Source: Myxococcales bacterium (GTDB lineage Bacteria > Myxococcota_A > Polyangia > Polyangiales > DASUME01). Taken from it: a DNA stretch of 64,000 nt. The stretch covers positions 4,388 through 68,387 of the forward strand of contig JBIQKA010000014.1 of the NCBI GenBank assembly GCA_044507075.1, written 5' to 3'. Positions within the stretch are counted from its first letter, which is position 1. Each line of letters starts with the position of its first letter. Shown in pieces: positions 19,102-27,720 of this stretch. A program made the translations under genes and the position numbers. Below the pieces are notes generated by a model. The model made no database searches. It saw only the letters and a list, made by a program, of their open reading frames with translations, and was not told the DNA's origin.

Positions 19102-19455
19102 GCTGGAAATTCAATCAGCGTCAAAAGTTCTTTGCAAGCTGCAAGCAGAGATGCACCTGGCGAGCACGAACAGCTGTGATCGCACGAACCTTCTGCTTGA
19201 CGAGAAGCGGTGTGCTGCGCGCGGCGCACAGCCCAAAAGGTTCAACCGCCTTGCACCTTCCAGCTGCCTCCCGCGCGCGCTCATTGACCGAGGCCCGTGC
19301 CGTTTGAACCGCCGAGACCACCGGCCTGGCCGCGGGATTGACAGCAGCGGCCTCCCCAGCGATAGGTAGGTCAACGCTGACACTACGCGCGCTGCACCTT
19401 CTTCTCTTTACGGCGCGCGTTTGGCCCGCTGTCCTGAATTTTAGGAAACCTTACC

Positions 19456-20517
19456 ATGTCGTCCCTACGCTCCCTTGCTTGTGCGACCTCCCTCCTGCTG
19501 CTCGTCCCGGCCTGCGCCGAGGACCCCACCGCGCCGATCCGCCAGAACCTGGACCCGTCCACTCGGGGCGACGGGGATAGCGACGACGAAGGCGATGGAG
19601 ACGACGCGGAGGACGGCGACGGGGACGGCGATGAGACCGGCGATGGCGATGGAACCGGCGACGGCGATGGCGACGCTGACGGCGACGGCGACGGCGACGG
19701 AGATGGCGGCGCTGGCGGCGACGGAGATGGCGATGCTGGCGGCGACGGCGACGGAGATGGCGACGCTGGCGGCGACGGCGACGGCGATGGCGATGGCGAC
19801 GCCCCCGTCAACACCAAGTTCCTGAATGGCAAGCTGTGTCACCTGGACGGTAATCAGGTGGGGATCATCGGCGACTCCTACATTCACCTCTCGGGGGCGT
19901 TCACGCGCAACCTGCAGGAGCACGCGCGCAAGGCGGGCGCCCTCAAGGACGGCGAGTACTATCTCGACCACGCGCTGAGCGGCGCGTCCCTCAACGGCTT
20001 CCCGAACATCCCCTCCCAGTGGCCCGACGTGAAGCGCGCGGCCGAGCTGCGCGGCAGCAAGGGCGTGAAGCTGGTGATCGGCACGGGCGGCGGCAACGAC
20101 GTGCTCGTCAACAACCGCCAGTGCCTCGGGTTCAAGACGGAAGCGGACATCACCGATCAGTGCAAGCAGGTGGTCGCCGATGCGGTCAAGACCGGCATCG
20201 AGCTGTTCGACCAGGGCGCCAAGGACGGCGTCGAAGCGATCATCTACTTCTTCTACCCGCACCTGCCCGAGGGCAGCCTGTTCAACGGGGACCACCCGAA
20301 CACGATCCTCGACTACGCCTACCCGCACGTGAAGAAGATGTGCGACGACCAGCAGAAGCCGAAGTGCTTCTTTATCGACACGCGCCCTGCCTTCGAGGGC
20401 AAGCAGGCCACGGCCATTACCTGGGAGGACGGGATCCACCCGACCGCCGAGGGCTCGCAGATCATCGCCGACCTGGTGTGGGGCGTGATGCAAGACAAGT
20501 GCATTGCCTCGGAGTGA
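19456..20517 (+). CDS. SGNH/GDSL hydrolase lipoprotein with long Asp/Gly-rich tether
   Basis: Lipobox LLLVPACA. About 75 aa of GDGD repeats. SGNH blocks IIGDSYIH (I), GTGGGNDVL (III) and DGIHPT (V). Confidence 0.8.
   Translation: MSSLRSLACATSLLLLVPACAEDPTAPIRQNLDPSTRGDGDSDDEGDGDDAEDGDGDGDETGDGDGTGDGDGDADGDGDGDGDGGAGGDGDGDAGGDGDGDGDAGGDGDGDGDGDAPVNTKFLNGKLCHLDGNQVGIIGDSYIHLSGAFTRNLQEHARKAGALKDGEYYLDHALSGASLNGFPNIPSQWPDVKRAAELRGSKGVKLVIGTGGGNDVLVNNRQCLGFKTEADITDQCKQVVADAVKTGIELFDQGAKDGVEAIIYFFYPHLPEGSLFNGDHPNTILDYAYPHVKKMCDDQQKPKCFFIDTRPAFEGKQATAITWEDGIHPTAEGSQIIADLVWGVMQDKCIASE
19568..19800 (+). repeat. in-frame GAC/GGC (Asp-Gly) microsatellite-like coding repeat
   Basis: gacggcgacggcgatggcgac-type hexamer iterations encode DGDGDGD... 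Confidence 0.9.
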
Positions 20518-20541
20518 TTCTTACCGCGCTTCACGCGCTGT

Positions 20542-21264
20542 TCAGAGCTTCGACTCCGCCTCGTCGATGGTGTCATCGAGCCGAGAGAGGCGCTTTTTGA
20601 TCTGTGACCTGGCGCGATTCAGGTTCTCCGCCTTGACCGTCTCGAGCGCGTCGATGTCCGCCTCAATGGCTGCGCGCTGCTGAGGAACGTCCGCGAGCGA
20701 ATCGCTGGCCGCGGCCCGCACCTGCGGGTCGGCGGTCTCCGCCTTGGTCCGCACCGCGCTTGCGCGCTCGTCGAGCTCGACCAGCTCCTCTCGCGAGTCC
20801 TTGACGAGCTCGTTGCGCCGCTCGCTCAGCCTCGCCTCGGCCTTGCTCACGCGCCGGGTGTCCTCGCTCCGTTGCTCACTCCGCTTCCTGCTCTGCTTGG
20901 CCTGCTCCTCGCGCTGCTCCTGGGTGAGCTCCGCACGCTCCTCTGCCTGCTCGGTGCCAACCTCCGTGCGCTCTTCTTGGAGCTCTGCCTGCTCTTCGCG
21001 GAGGTCTTGCGCGGTCTGTCCGGGTTGAGCCATCTCCTCGCGGGTCTTGGCTTCCTCCCGCTCTAGGTCCTGCTTTTCGCGCGCGAACTCCTGCTCCAAT
21101 CTCTGCTGCTCTTCTTGCTGCTCGGCCTTTAGCTCTGCTTCCTTTTCGGCCGCCGTCTGCGCGTGCTCCGCTTGCTTCTCCTCCGCGCGCTCCAGCTGCT
21201 GTGCGCTATTGCAGCCCAGCAGGCCAGAACACAGCGCAAGGGCCGTGAGGTGCGTGGTCTTCAT
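20542..21264 (-). CDS. Glu/Gln/Arg-rich coiled-coil lipoprotein
   Basis: ATG at 21264 is preceded by GGGAGGAG. Lipobox LALCSGLLGCN. The rest is heptad-like EEQQRLEQEFAREKQDLEREEAK... Confidence 0.65.
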   Translation of the reverse strand: MKTTHLTALALCSGLLGCNSAQQLERAEEKQAEHAQTAAEKEAELKAEQQEEQQRLEQEFAREKQDLEREEAKTREEMAQPGQTAQDLREEQAELQEERTEVGTEQAEERAELTQEQREEQAKQSRKRSEQRSEDTRRVSKAEARLSERRNELVKDSREELVELDERASAVRTKAETADPQVRAAASDSLADVPQQRAAIEADIDALETVKAENLNRARSQIKKRLSRLDDTIDEAESKL

Positions 21265-21410
21265 GGTCTTCTCCTCCCGCACTGCATGTGGGCTCCGAAG
21301 GAGTGCTCGCTATGCGCCCGTGACAACTAAGTACATCATCGGAGCAGGCGGCACGGGGCGATCCGCCCGAGCCCGCGGGGTCGCCCCGTGATAGACGGAG
21401 CTGTGTCCCG

Positions 21411-21866
21411 ATGAGCTCCCTACCCTACGATCTCGAACACGTACGCTCCATGTTGCGCTCCTATCAAGCCCTGCTCGGGCGCCCGCTCGCAGACCGTGGA
21501 GATCTGGAGCGCACGGCCCGCTTCCTCTACGAGGACGCACCGTTCTGCCTCCTGGCCCACAGCGCCGAGCCGGAGCCGCGCTTCGTCTACGCAAACCTGA
21601 CGGCGCTGCGCTGCTTCGAATACACGCGGGAGGAGCTCCTCGGGCTCCCTTCGCGGCTCTCGGCCGAGCCCGAGCGCCGCGAAGAGCGGCAGCGGTTCGT
21701 CCATGAGGTCCACGCGCGCGGCTATGCGGAGGGATACCGTGGCTTGCGCATCGCCAAGTCAGGTCGAAGGTTCTGGATCGAAGACGTGACGATGTGGAAT
21801 CTCGTCGACGGGCGCGGGGTACTGTGTGGCCAGGCCGCCACCTACGGCCGAATCACGCCGGCCTGA
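21411..21866 (+). CDS. MEKHLA domain protein (PAS-like)
   Basis: PRFVYANLTALRCFEYTREELLGLPSRLSAEP..ERQRFV..V...GY...YRGLRIAKSGRRFWIEDVTMWNLVD..G...GQAA fits the MEKHLA consensus. Confidence 0.75.
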   Translation: MSSLPYDLEHVRSMLRSYQALLGRPLADRGDLERTARFLYEDAPFCLLAHSAEPEPRFVYANLTALRCFEYTREELLGLPSRLSAEPERREERQRFVHEVHARGYAEGYRGLRIAKSGRRFWIEDVTMWNLVDGRGVLCGQAATYGRITPA

Positions 21867-21890
21867 CAGTCAGCTCTCGCAAGTGGACCC

Positions 21891-22754
21891 GTGCTAACCC
21901 TAGCGTGGATGGAGGACCGAATGATCTTTGATCCCTGTCGCCCTGCGCTTACATCCTGGCTTTCGCTCCTGTTGGCCGCCTGGGCCCTGGGCTGCGCGGG
22001 CCCGCGCGCGCGTGTGCCTTCCGGGGGCGCGGTTCTGCCGAGTGCGCCCGACAAGCTCGTCGACTTGAGCCACCCTTTTGATCGCGACACCGTGTACTGG
22101 CCGACCGAGCGCTCCGGGTTCGAGCTCACGAGCGAGCACCATGGGCAGACCCCCGGTGGCTACTTCTACGCAGCCAATTCCTTCACCGCGCCCGAACACG
22201 GCGGGACACATCTGGATGCGCCGATCCACTTCGCGGCAGGCAAGCAGACCACCGAGCAGATCCCGCTTGAGCGCCTGATCGCGCCCGCTGTGGTGCTCGA
22301 TCTCTCCGAACGCGCACGGACGGACCGCGACACGCAGCTGTCGGTCGCCGACGTGGAGAATTTCGAGCGCACGCACGGCGCGATCACGCCGGGGACCATC
22401 GTGCTCGTCCGCAGCGACTGGTCGCGCCGCTGGCCGGACCGCCTCGCGTACCTCGGGAGCGATCGCGTGGGGGACGCCTCGGACCTCCACTTCCCGGGTA
22501 TTTCGGCGGAGGCCGCGCGGGCGTTGGTGCAACGCAAGGTGGCGGCGGTGGGGATCGACACGGCCAGCATCGATCACGGTCCTTCACGCGAGTTCTGGGC
22601 CCATCGCATCCTCATGGAGGCTGACATCCCAGCCTTCGAGAACCTCACGGAACTCGCACGCTTGCCGCCGCGCGGCGCGCTCATGATCGCGCTGCCGATG
22701 TCGATTCGGGGAGGCTCGGGCGGGCCGCTCCGGGCGATCGCGGTGCTGCCGTGA
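21891..22754 (+). CDS. putative cyclase / arylformamidase family protein (secreted or lipoprotein)
   Basis: EHGGTHLDAPIHF matches the HxGTHxDxPxH metal motif. Signal LSLLLAAWALGCAG. The start could be 21891 (GTG), 21909 or 21921 (ATG). Confidence 0.75.
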   Translation: MLTLAWMEDRMIFDPCRPALTSWLSLLLAAWALGCAGPRARVPSGGAVLPSAPDKLVDLSHPFDRDTVYWPTERSGFELTSEHHGQTPGGYFYAANSFTAPEHGGTHLDAPIHFAAGKQTTEQIPLERLIAPAVVLDLSERARTDRDTQLSVADVENFERTHGAITPGTIVLVRSDWSRRWPDRLAYLGSDRVGDASDLHFPGISAEAARALVQRKVAAVGIDTASIDHGPSREFWAHRILMEADIPAFENLTELARLPPRGALMIALPMSIRGGSGGPLRAIAVLP

Positions 22755-22922
22755 ACAGCGGAGGGCCTTACGGGGAAGGAGGTCCTCGGTGAGCTCCAGT
22801 GTACGGTGAGGTAATTTCTGACGGTCGCGCCAGGCAAATATCCACCTGATGACTTGATTTGCCCGTGGGGGTGGACCGAAACTTGTAGGGTGAGCGGGGG
22901 GGAGCGAGCGAGTCGGACACAG

Positions 22923-23522
22923 ATGGCCGCCGAGGCGGGCGTGACCAGTACCGTCTTCGACGATGAGCCCTCGTCCGGCGTACGCCACACTTCGTTGCCC
23001 GCGACGGGACCAGTCTCCACCACACACACGGGGACGCGCTCGCTCCTGCTGGACGAACGCGAAGCCGAGGCCGACACCTGGCATGGGGCCCGCTACGTGG
23101 AGCTCACCATGGACGGGCAGGCCCTGTATGCCTCCGAGGGATCCCAGAGCTGGCTTACGAACCAGCGCCTGACCGCCCTCGGCGGCGTCGTGCGCAAGGC
23201 AGGTGGGGCTCAACGCACGCAGGCCCGCGTCGACGATGTCGACATCCAGCTCGTGCGCATGTACCACCGGACGGGTAGCCATTACCTGGCCGTGCTGACG
23301 CGCGCCGCCCCCAAACGCACCGCCGTCCGGCTGTCCGAGATGCAACGCCGCGTGGCCGGGCTCGCCGCCCAGGGCAACACCGCCCAACAGGTCAGCGCGC
23401 AGCTGGGGGTCTCCGTGAACACGGTGAAATTTCATCTGAAGCGCGTTTACGAGATCTTGAACGTGAGCAATCGGGTAGAGCTGAGTCGCGCACTCGAGGA
23501 GTCAGTCTACCCGTTCGGGTAG
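22923..23522 (+). CDS. LuxR-family transcriptional regulator (C-terminal HTH)
   Basis: LSEMQRRVAGLAAQGNTAQQVSAQLGVSVNTVKFHLKRVYEILNVSNRVEL is a GerE/LuxR HTH. The N-terminal ~140 aa are unassigned. The start is uncertain (the ORF opens at 22854). Confidence 0.7.
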   Translation: MAAEAGVTSTVFDDEPSSGVRHTSLPATGPVSTTHTGTRSLLLDEREAEADTWHGARYVELTMDGQALYASEGSQSWLTNQRLTALGGVVRKAGGAQRTQARVDDVDIQLVRMYHRTGSHYLAVLTRAAPKRTAVRLSEMQRRVAGLAAQGNTAQQVSAQLGVSVNTVKFHLKRVYEILNVSNRVELSRALEESVYPFG

Positions 23523-23759
23523 GCCTCGGACATGCGGTCGGCCGATCGCGAGTAACCCCCCACCCTACGCAGCGCGTCGGCTTGCGCGACGCCAATCCAG
23601 GGGGACCGCACAGACAGAGCACGGGCACGCGTACTTACGGGACGTCAATCCCCGCTGCGGAGGCGAAGCCTCGGGTTGCCTCCATCCTGGGCACGCCTCG
23701 CCGCTACGCGCGGTCGGGCCCAGCCCAGGACCCCTCGCGTTGGCCCGCACCCGGCGGGC

Positions 23760-23775
23760 GGGCAAACGGGTTGCA
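23760..23775 (+). promoter_or_regulatory. sigma-54-like -24/-12 element
   Basis: gGGCAA-acggg-TTGCA against the consensus TGGCAC-N5-TTGCA, with correct GG-to-GC spacing. It lies about 30 nt upstream of the ATG at 23806. Confidence 0.3.
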
Positions 23776-23805
23776 AAGAGCGCACTCGTACGACCAGAGT
23801 GTCAG

Positions 23806-24072
23806 ATGTCGCTCAAGTACGTCTACCTCGTGATCGCCGCCACGAGCCTGTGCGCGGCGGCCACCACCAAGCTCCTCTCGGGCTCGGCCCAGGCCGCCGA
23901 GCCCCCGCAGAGGATGCGTTGGGAGTACCTGTGCAAGAGCGAACTCGCCGCTTCTCCGCGCGGGATGGCGGCGGACGTGCAGCGGGTGGCCAACGAGTTG
24001 GGACCACATGGCTGGGAGCTCGTGAGCGATGTGGGCACCCATGTATTTTGCTTCAAACGCCCGCTGCGCTGA
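23806..24072 (+). CDS. small secreted protein (DUF4177-like GWEL motif)
   Basis: Signal MSLKYVYLVIAATSLCAAA...AQA. Mature part contains WEYLC...VANELGPHGWELVS. GC3 is high in this frame. Confidence 0.55.
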   Translation: MSLKYVYLVIAATSLCAAATTKLLSGSAQAAEPPQRMRWEYLCKSELAASPRGMAADVQRVANELGPHGWELVSDVGTHVFCFKRPLR

Positions 24073-24137
24073 CGTGTCAAACGCGGGCCTCGGGCGCCGC
24101 GCGCGTTTCGCGAGGGGATCTCGCAAGGGACCAACCC

Positions 24138-24338
24138 GTGGACTTGATCGACATCTTGGGACCGCGGCTCTTACGGGGCCGCATGGGCGCGCAAGGGCGC
24201 TTCTCCTTCACGCGTGCGCTGCGGCTCTTGCACGCGCTGCGCGCGAGGCGCGAGGTTCCGCAGCCGCGGGGCCGCTATGTGCTGAGCCTGGGCTTCGATG
24301 TCCGGACCCAGATCCGGTGCGACATCGAGCGCCCCTGA
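24138..24338 (+). CDS. possible small basic protein (66 aa)
   Basis: GTG start with AAGGGA 8 nt upstream. Codon third positions are almost all G/C in this frame. No recognisable family. Confidence 0.3.
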   Translation: MDLIDILGPRLLRGRMGAQGRFSFTRALRLLHALRARREVPQPRGRYVLSLGFDVRTQIRCDIERP

Positions 24339-24380
24339 CGTAGGTCGGCGCGTGGCCACGCCACGCGTGCCGTCGACGAC

Positions 24381-24893
24381 TCACCAGCCCGCGAGCCAGA
24401 GCCGCAGCCGGAGGCCGAGCGAGGTCGTGTAGCCTACTTCGCTGGTCGTGATGCGCCCGCTGGGCGAGACGAAAAAGCTCGTCGGATACGCGTGTACGCC
24501 ATAGCTGCGTGAGAGCACGCCGTCCGGATCGTTCACCACCGGAAAGCTCAGGCCACGCTCCCGCATGTAACGTTCGACCTCCGCACCCGGGCCCGAGCGC
24601 ACGGCGACCGACACGACATCGACGCGGTGCGAGAGCGCCTCGATGCTGCTCTCCTCCAGGCGACAGACCCCACACCAGGTGGCCCAGAAGTGCAGCAATC
24701 GGGGCCGCTCGTGCGGGCCGCCCAGCGTGACCTCCGTGCCGTCGAGCAGACGGGCCGCGCGCACGGGCGCCTGCCCCCCGGGGTGATCGCGCGTCTTGTA
24801 CGCGTGCACCCCGATCAGCAACGCGAGCAAGAGCGCGACCTCAAAGGCGTGTCGACGCGCCGTTCGCCCCACGCGAGCGAGCACGGCGCGCAC
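24381..24893 (-). CDS. TlpA/ResA-like membrane-anchored thiol:disulfide oxidoreductase
   Basis: N-terminal TM VALLLALLIGV, thioredoxin motif FWATWCGVC, and cis-Pro region AYPTSFFV. The GTG start directly abuts the upstream gene stop (TGAGTG). Confidence 0.8.
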   Translation of the reverse strand: MRAVLARVGRTARRHAFEVALLLALLIGVHAYKTRDHPGGQAPVRAARLLDGTEVTLGGPHERPRLLHFWATWCGVCRLEESSIEALSHRVDVVSVAVRSGPGAEVERYMRERGLSFPVVNDPDGVLSRSYGVHAYPTSFFVSPSGRITTSEVGYTTSLGLRLRLWLAGW

Positions 24894-26018
24894 TCATTCC
24901 TCCCGCAGCGCGAGCTGACTCGCGCCGCCCGTGATCTGAATGTCGTAGCGATCGGCGCTCGCCTCGTAGTCGGGTGACTCCCAGCGCGTGGTGCCGCCGA
25001 CCGCTCCCAGCTCGAGCTTGTCGATGCTCAGGTGGCTGACGCCGCCGCTCACCTGGACGCGCATCGGGGTCTGCTTGGGGCGCATGAGCTTGAGCTGGCT
25101 GGAGCCACCCGTGACGCGCACAAAGACCGTGCCCACGGGCGCGGGCAAGTGCAGGGTCACCTGGCTCGCACCGCCGCGCAGCTCGAAGCTCCTGAGCCGG
25201 AGCGCCTGCATGTTGGCCACGACCTTGCTCGCGCCACCACGGAAGACGAGCTGCCACGCGAGCTGCTCGTTGAGGTCGACCTGCAATGACTGCCTGCGTA
25301 AGGTCAGCGCGCGCAACGCGGAGTGGTTGGACTCCAGGAACACCTGGCCGCGCTCGACGCGCACGCGCGGCGCGGGCCCCTCGAAGCGGGCGCGATAGAG
25401 CAAGTTGCCGCGCAGGCTCCCGAGCGTGAAATTGGAGGCTCCGCGGGTGAGCTCGAAGCGCCCATCCTCGCCGCTGGGGAGCGGATGCGAGAGCTCCTCG
25501 AAGCCATCCGGCGCCGCCTCCCCCGACGCTTCCTGGCCACGCAGCCTTTCCGCCTGCACGCGGTAGATCTCGCTGACACGACGCATGTACGCCCAAACGA
25601 TGTCGAGCTCTTCGGCGCTGTGGTCCGCGCATAGCTCGCGAAACGAATCGAAGATGGGCTCGAACAGATCTGCCGTGGCCGCGACGCGCTCGGGCACGAG
25701 CTTGATGTTCACCTGTCTTCGATCTTCTGCGCCCTTCTCCCGTCGCACATAGCCAGCGCGCTCGAGCCGATCGACGACGCCCGTGATGGCGCCCGTGGTG
25801 AGGCCCGTGAGCTCGGAGAGCTTGCCGGCAGTGACGGGCCCCTCCTGCGCGTAACGGTCGACGAGTTCGAGGCAGCGGTGATCGCTCGGCGTGAGCCCGA
25901 GCCGCGCCGCCAACGCCTCCTGAAACTGCACCGTTCGGGCTGCCATCTCACGAGTCACGTTCGTTCCCTCTTTGAGGTGAGCTGCGAGCTCCTCGCTGGA
26001 CAGGCTCCGCTCCTCCAC
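24894..26018 (-). CDS. MarR-family wHTH fused to a LiaF-C/toast-rack-like beta-repeat domain
   Basis: The N-terminal LELVDRYAQEGPVTAGKLSELTGLTTGAITGVVDRLERAGYVRREK...DRRQV is MarR-like. The C-terminal half has five strand repeats: RGGASKVV, RGGASQVTL, TGGSSQLKL, SGGVSHLSI, TGGASQLAL. No TM segment. Confidence 0.65.
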   Translation of the reverse strand: MEERSLSSEELAAHLKEGTNVTREMAARTVQFQEALAARLGLTPSDHRCLELVDRYAQEGPVTAGKLSELTGLTTGAITGVVDRLERAGYVRREKGAEDRRQVNIKLVPERVAATADLFEPIFDSFRELCADHSAEELDIVWAYMRRVSEIYRVQAERLRGQEASGEAAPDGFEELSHPLPSGEDGRFELTRGASNFTLGSLRGNLLYRARFEGPAPRVRVERGQVFLESNHSALRALTLRRQSLQVDLNEQLAWQLVFRGGASKVVANMQALRLRSFELRGGASQVTLHLPAPVGTVFVRVTGGSSQLKLMRPKQTPMRVQVSGGVSHLSIDKLELGAVGGTTRWESPDYEASADRYDIQITGGASQLALREE

Positions 26019-26035
26019 GACTTCCCCCCTACTAA

Positions 26036-26164
26036 CCGACTGTATTAACAGCGCAATTTAGAAACCCACGCGACGCGACACTATTTCACGCCAGGACCAC
26101 GGGTTCAAAGCATTCTTGACCTATAAAGAATATTATCTTAGAAGCTAAACAAATCGTCAACCGG
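26036..26164. promoter_or_regulatory. A/T-rich divergent promoter region (MarR-fusion/TlpA operon versus ECF sigma)
   Basis: This is the most A/T-rich stretch in the window. It contains TTGACC (26116-26121) and small dyads: CTGT-atta-ACAG, TTCTT-n8-AAGAA and AAGAATATTATCTT. Confidence 0.4.
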
Positions 26165-26767
26165 GTGGCCCCCATGTCGATGCAAGTTGAAATCCCAGCG
26201 CCCCTCGTTCATGCCCCCATGCTCGGAGCGAGCCAGGGTCCGCCCGCAAGCGCGGGCTCTGAGCTCATCACCCGCCAGGTGATCGAGTGCCACAGCCCGG
26301 CCCTGCTCGCCTTCGCGCAGCGCATGTTGTTCCGGATGGAGGACGCCGAGGACGTCGTGCAGGAGACCTGGCTCAGCGCGCTCAAGAGCGCCTCCTCCTT
26401 CGAGGGGCGCTCGAGCTTGCGCACCTGGCTCACCGGCATCCTCCGGCGTCGCATCTTCGATCGTTACCAGGCGCGCAGCCGGTTCGAGCCGCTGCTCGCG
26501 GAGCTCAGCACCGAGGAGCAGCAGGAGCCCGATCCGCACGACCTGCACGAGGCCGCCTGCCACGCGGCCACGGCGATCTCGGCGCTGCGCGAGCAGGAGC
26601 GCACCGCGGTGCTCTTGTGTGACGTCCACGAATGGGAGCGCGACGAGGCCGCCGAGCACATGCAGATCTCGCGAGGCCATTTGCGCGTGGTGTTGCACCG
26701 CGCGCGTCACCGCATCGCGCAGCAGCTCAGCCTGCACGGCGTAACGGAGCAGGTGCTGTCTCGCTGA
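26165..26767 (+). CDS. ECF-type RNA polymerase sigma-70 factor
   Basis: Region 2: DAEDVVQETWLSALKS...LRTWLTGILRRRIFD. Region 4: LREQERTAVLLCDVHEWERDEAAEHMQISRGHLRVVLHRARHRI. Confidence 0.85.
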   Translation: MAPMSMQVEIPAPLVHAPMLGASQGPPASAGSELITRQVIECHSPALLAFAQRMLFRMEDAEDVVQETWLSALKSASSFEGRSSLRTWLTGILRRRIFDRYQARSRFEPLLAELSTEEQQEPDPHDLHEAACHAATAISALREQERTAVLLCDVHEWERDEAAEHMQISRGHLRVVLHRARHRIAQQLSLHGVTEQVLSR

Positions 26768-26772
26768 CCGGG

Positions 26773-27588
26773 CTACTCCCGGTGGCCCAGGCCCAGCCAG
26801 GCTGGCATCTCGATGCGCACGGGGCCCGTAAATTGCGCGCGCAGGCGTCGCTCGATACCGGCCGCCACGGGCTCGAAGGTCGCGCTGCCCAGCTTGTGCT
26901 CGAGCAGCACGAGCGGCGCCAGCGAGCGGCGCATGACGCGCCAGAACTCGCCGATGTCGGGTGACTCCTCCACGTGCACGCGCTCCTCGACGGTCACGCG
27001 CGAAAACCCCGCGGCGCTCATCTCGGCGCGGAACTCCTCCGGATCGGAGAGCGGCCCCTTGCCGTCGCCAAAGGGCAGGTTCGGAAGCTCCTGGGCGAGC
27101 GCCTGAAAAACGGCGACCAGCGTGGGAACACGGAGCAGGGGCTGCCAGCTCGAGACCACCGCGCGCCCGCCCGGCTTGAGCACGCGCCAAAGCTCACGAA
27201 AGCCCCGCGCGCGGTCAGGGAAGAAGATCAACCCGAACATCGAAAACGCGGCGTCGAACTCACCATCTCGGTGGGGCAACGCTTGCCCGTCCCCTTCGCG
27301 CGCCGACACGTTGCGCAGGCCGAGCTTCTCGACCCGTTGCTCGAGCTGCCGGAGCATGTCGGCGGCGAAGTCGATTCCGTGCACCTCGCTTCCGAGCTGT
27401 GCGGCTTGCACCACCAGCGATCCGGGGCCCGCGCAGACATCGAGCACGCGCTCGCCCGCCTTTACGCCCGCGAGCCGCAGCGCATCGGCCGAGTACTTCG
27501 CGAACTGGTCGAAGGACTCCTCGGCGTATCCGGTGGAGACCAGATTCCAAACGAGAGGGGTGGCCAGGGGCGAAGGAGCGCTTGTCAT
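26773..27588 (-). CDS. class I SAM-dependent methyltransferase
   Basis: Start MTSAPSP at 27588. Motif I VLDVCAGPGSL, then FDAAFSMFGLIFF and LKPGGRAVV. Confidence 0.8.
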   Translation of the reverse strand: MTSAPSPLATPLVWNLVSTGYAEESFDQFAKYSADALRLAGVKAGERVLDVCAGPGSLVVQAAQLGSEVHGIDFAADMLRQLEQRVEKLGLRNVSAREGDGQALPHRDGEFDAAFSMFGLIFFPDRARGFRELWRVLKPGGRAVVSSWQPLLRVPTLVAVFQALAQELPNLPFGDGKGPLSDPEEFRAEMSAAGFSRVTVEERVHVEESPDIGEFWRVMRRSLAPLVLLEHKLGSATFEPVAAGIERRLRAQFTGPVRIEMPAWLGLGHRE

Positions 27589-27720
27589 GCGGAAGACTAT
27601 AGATCTTCGGCGCCCGGCGGTCATCGGCGACAGCACCTGCGCACGCGTGCTCGATGGCCCAGCCCGGTCTATACGGTGGCCCGCCGGGCGTGACTTGCTG
27701 CGCCCGAGGAAGGTCATCGC

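Noticed and set aside
19568-19800. Short-period DNA repeats (also 36771-36985) as a possible CRISPR array or non-coding VNTR
   Set aside because: The periods are 6 nt and 51 nt, with no unique spacers. The repeats lie in frame within lipoprotein genes and encode Asp/Gly tethers.
24029-24343. 104-aa ORF in an alternative frame downstream of the small secreted protein
   Set aside because: It overlaps the stop of the 23806-24072 gene and has poorer third-position GC bias than the 24138-24338 frame.
26101-26110. T-loop-like strings (GGGTTCAAAG here; TTCGAATC at 48566) as hints of tRNA genes
   Set aside because: No acceptor, D or anticodon stems can be built around either. The second string is the centre of the nikR operator.
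26116-26150. Sigma-70 promoter call from TTGACC in the A/T-rich spacer
   Set aside because: I found no acceptable -10 hexamer at 16-18 nt spacing. I also could not find an ECF-type GGAAC...CGTC pair. I report it only as a generic promoter region.
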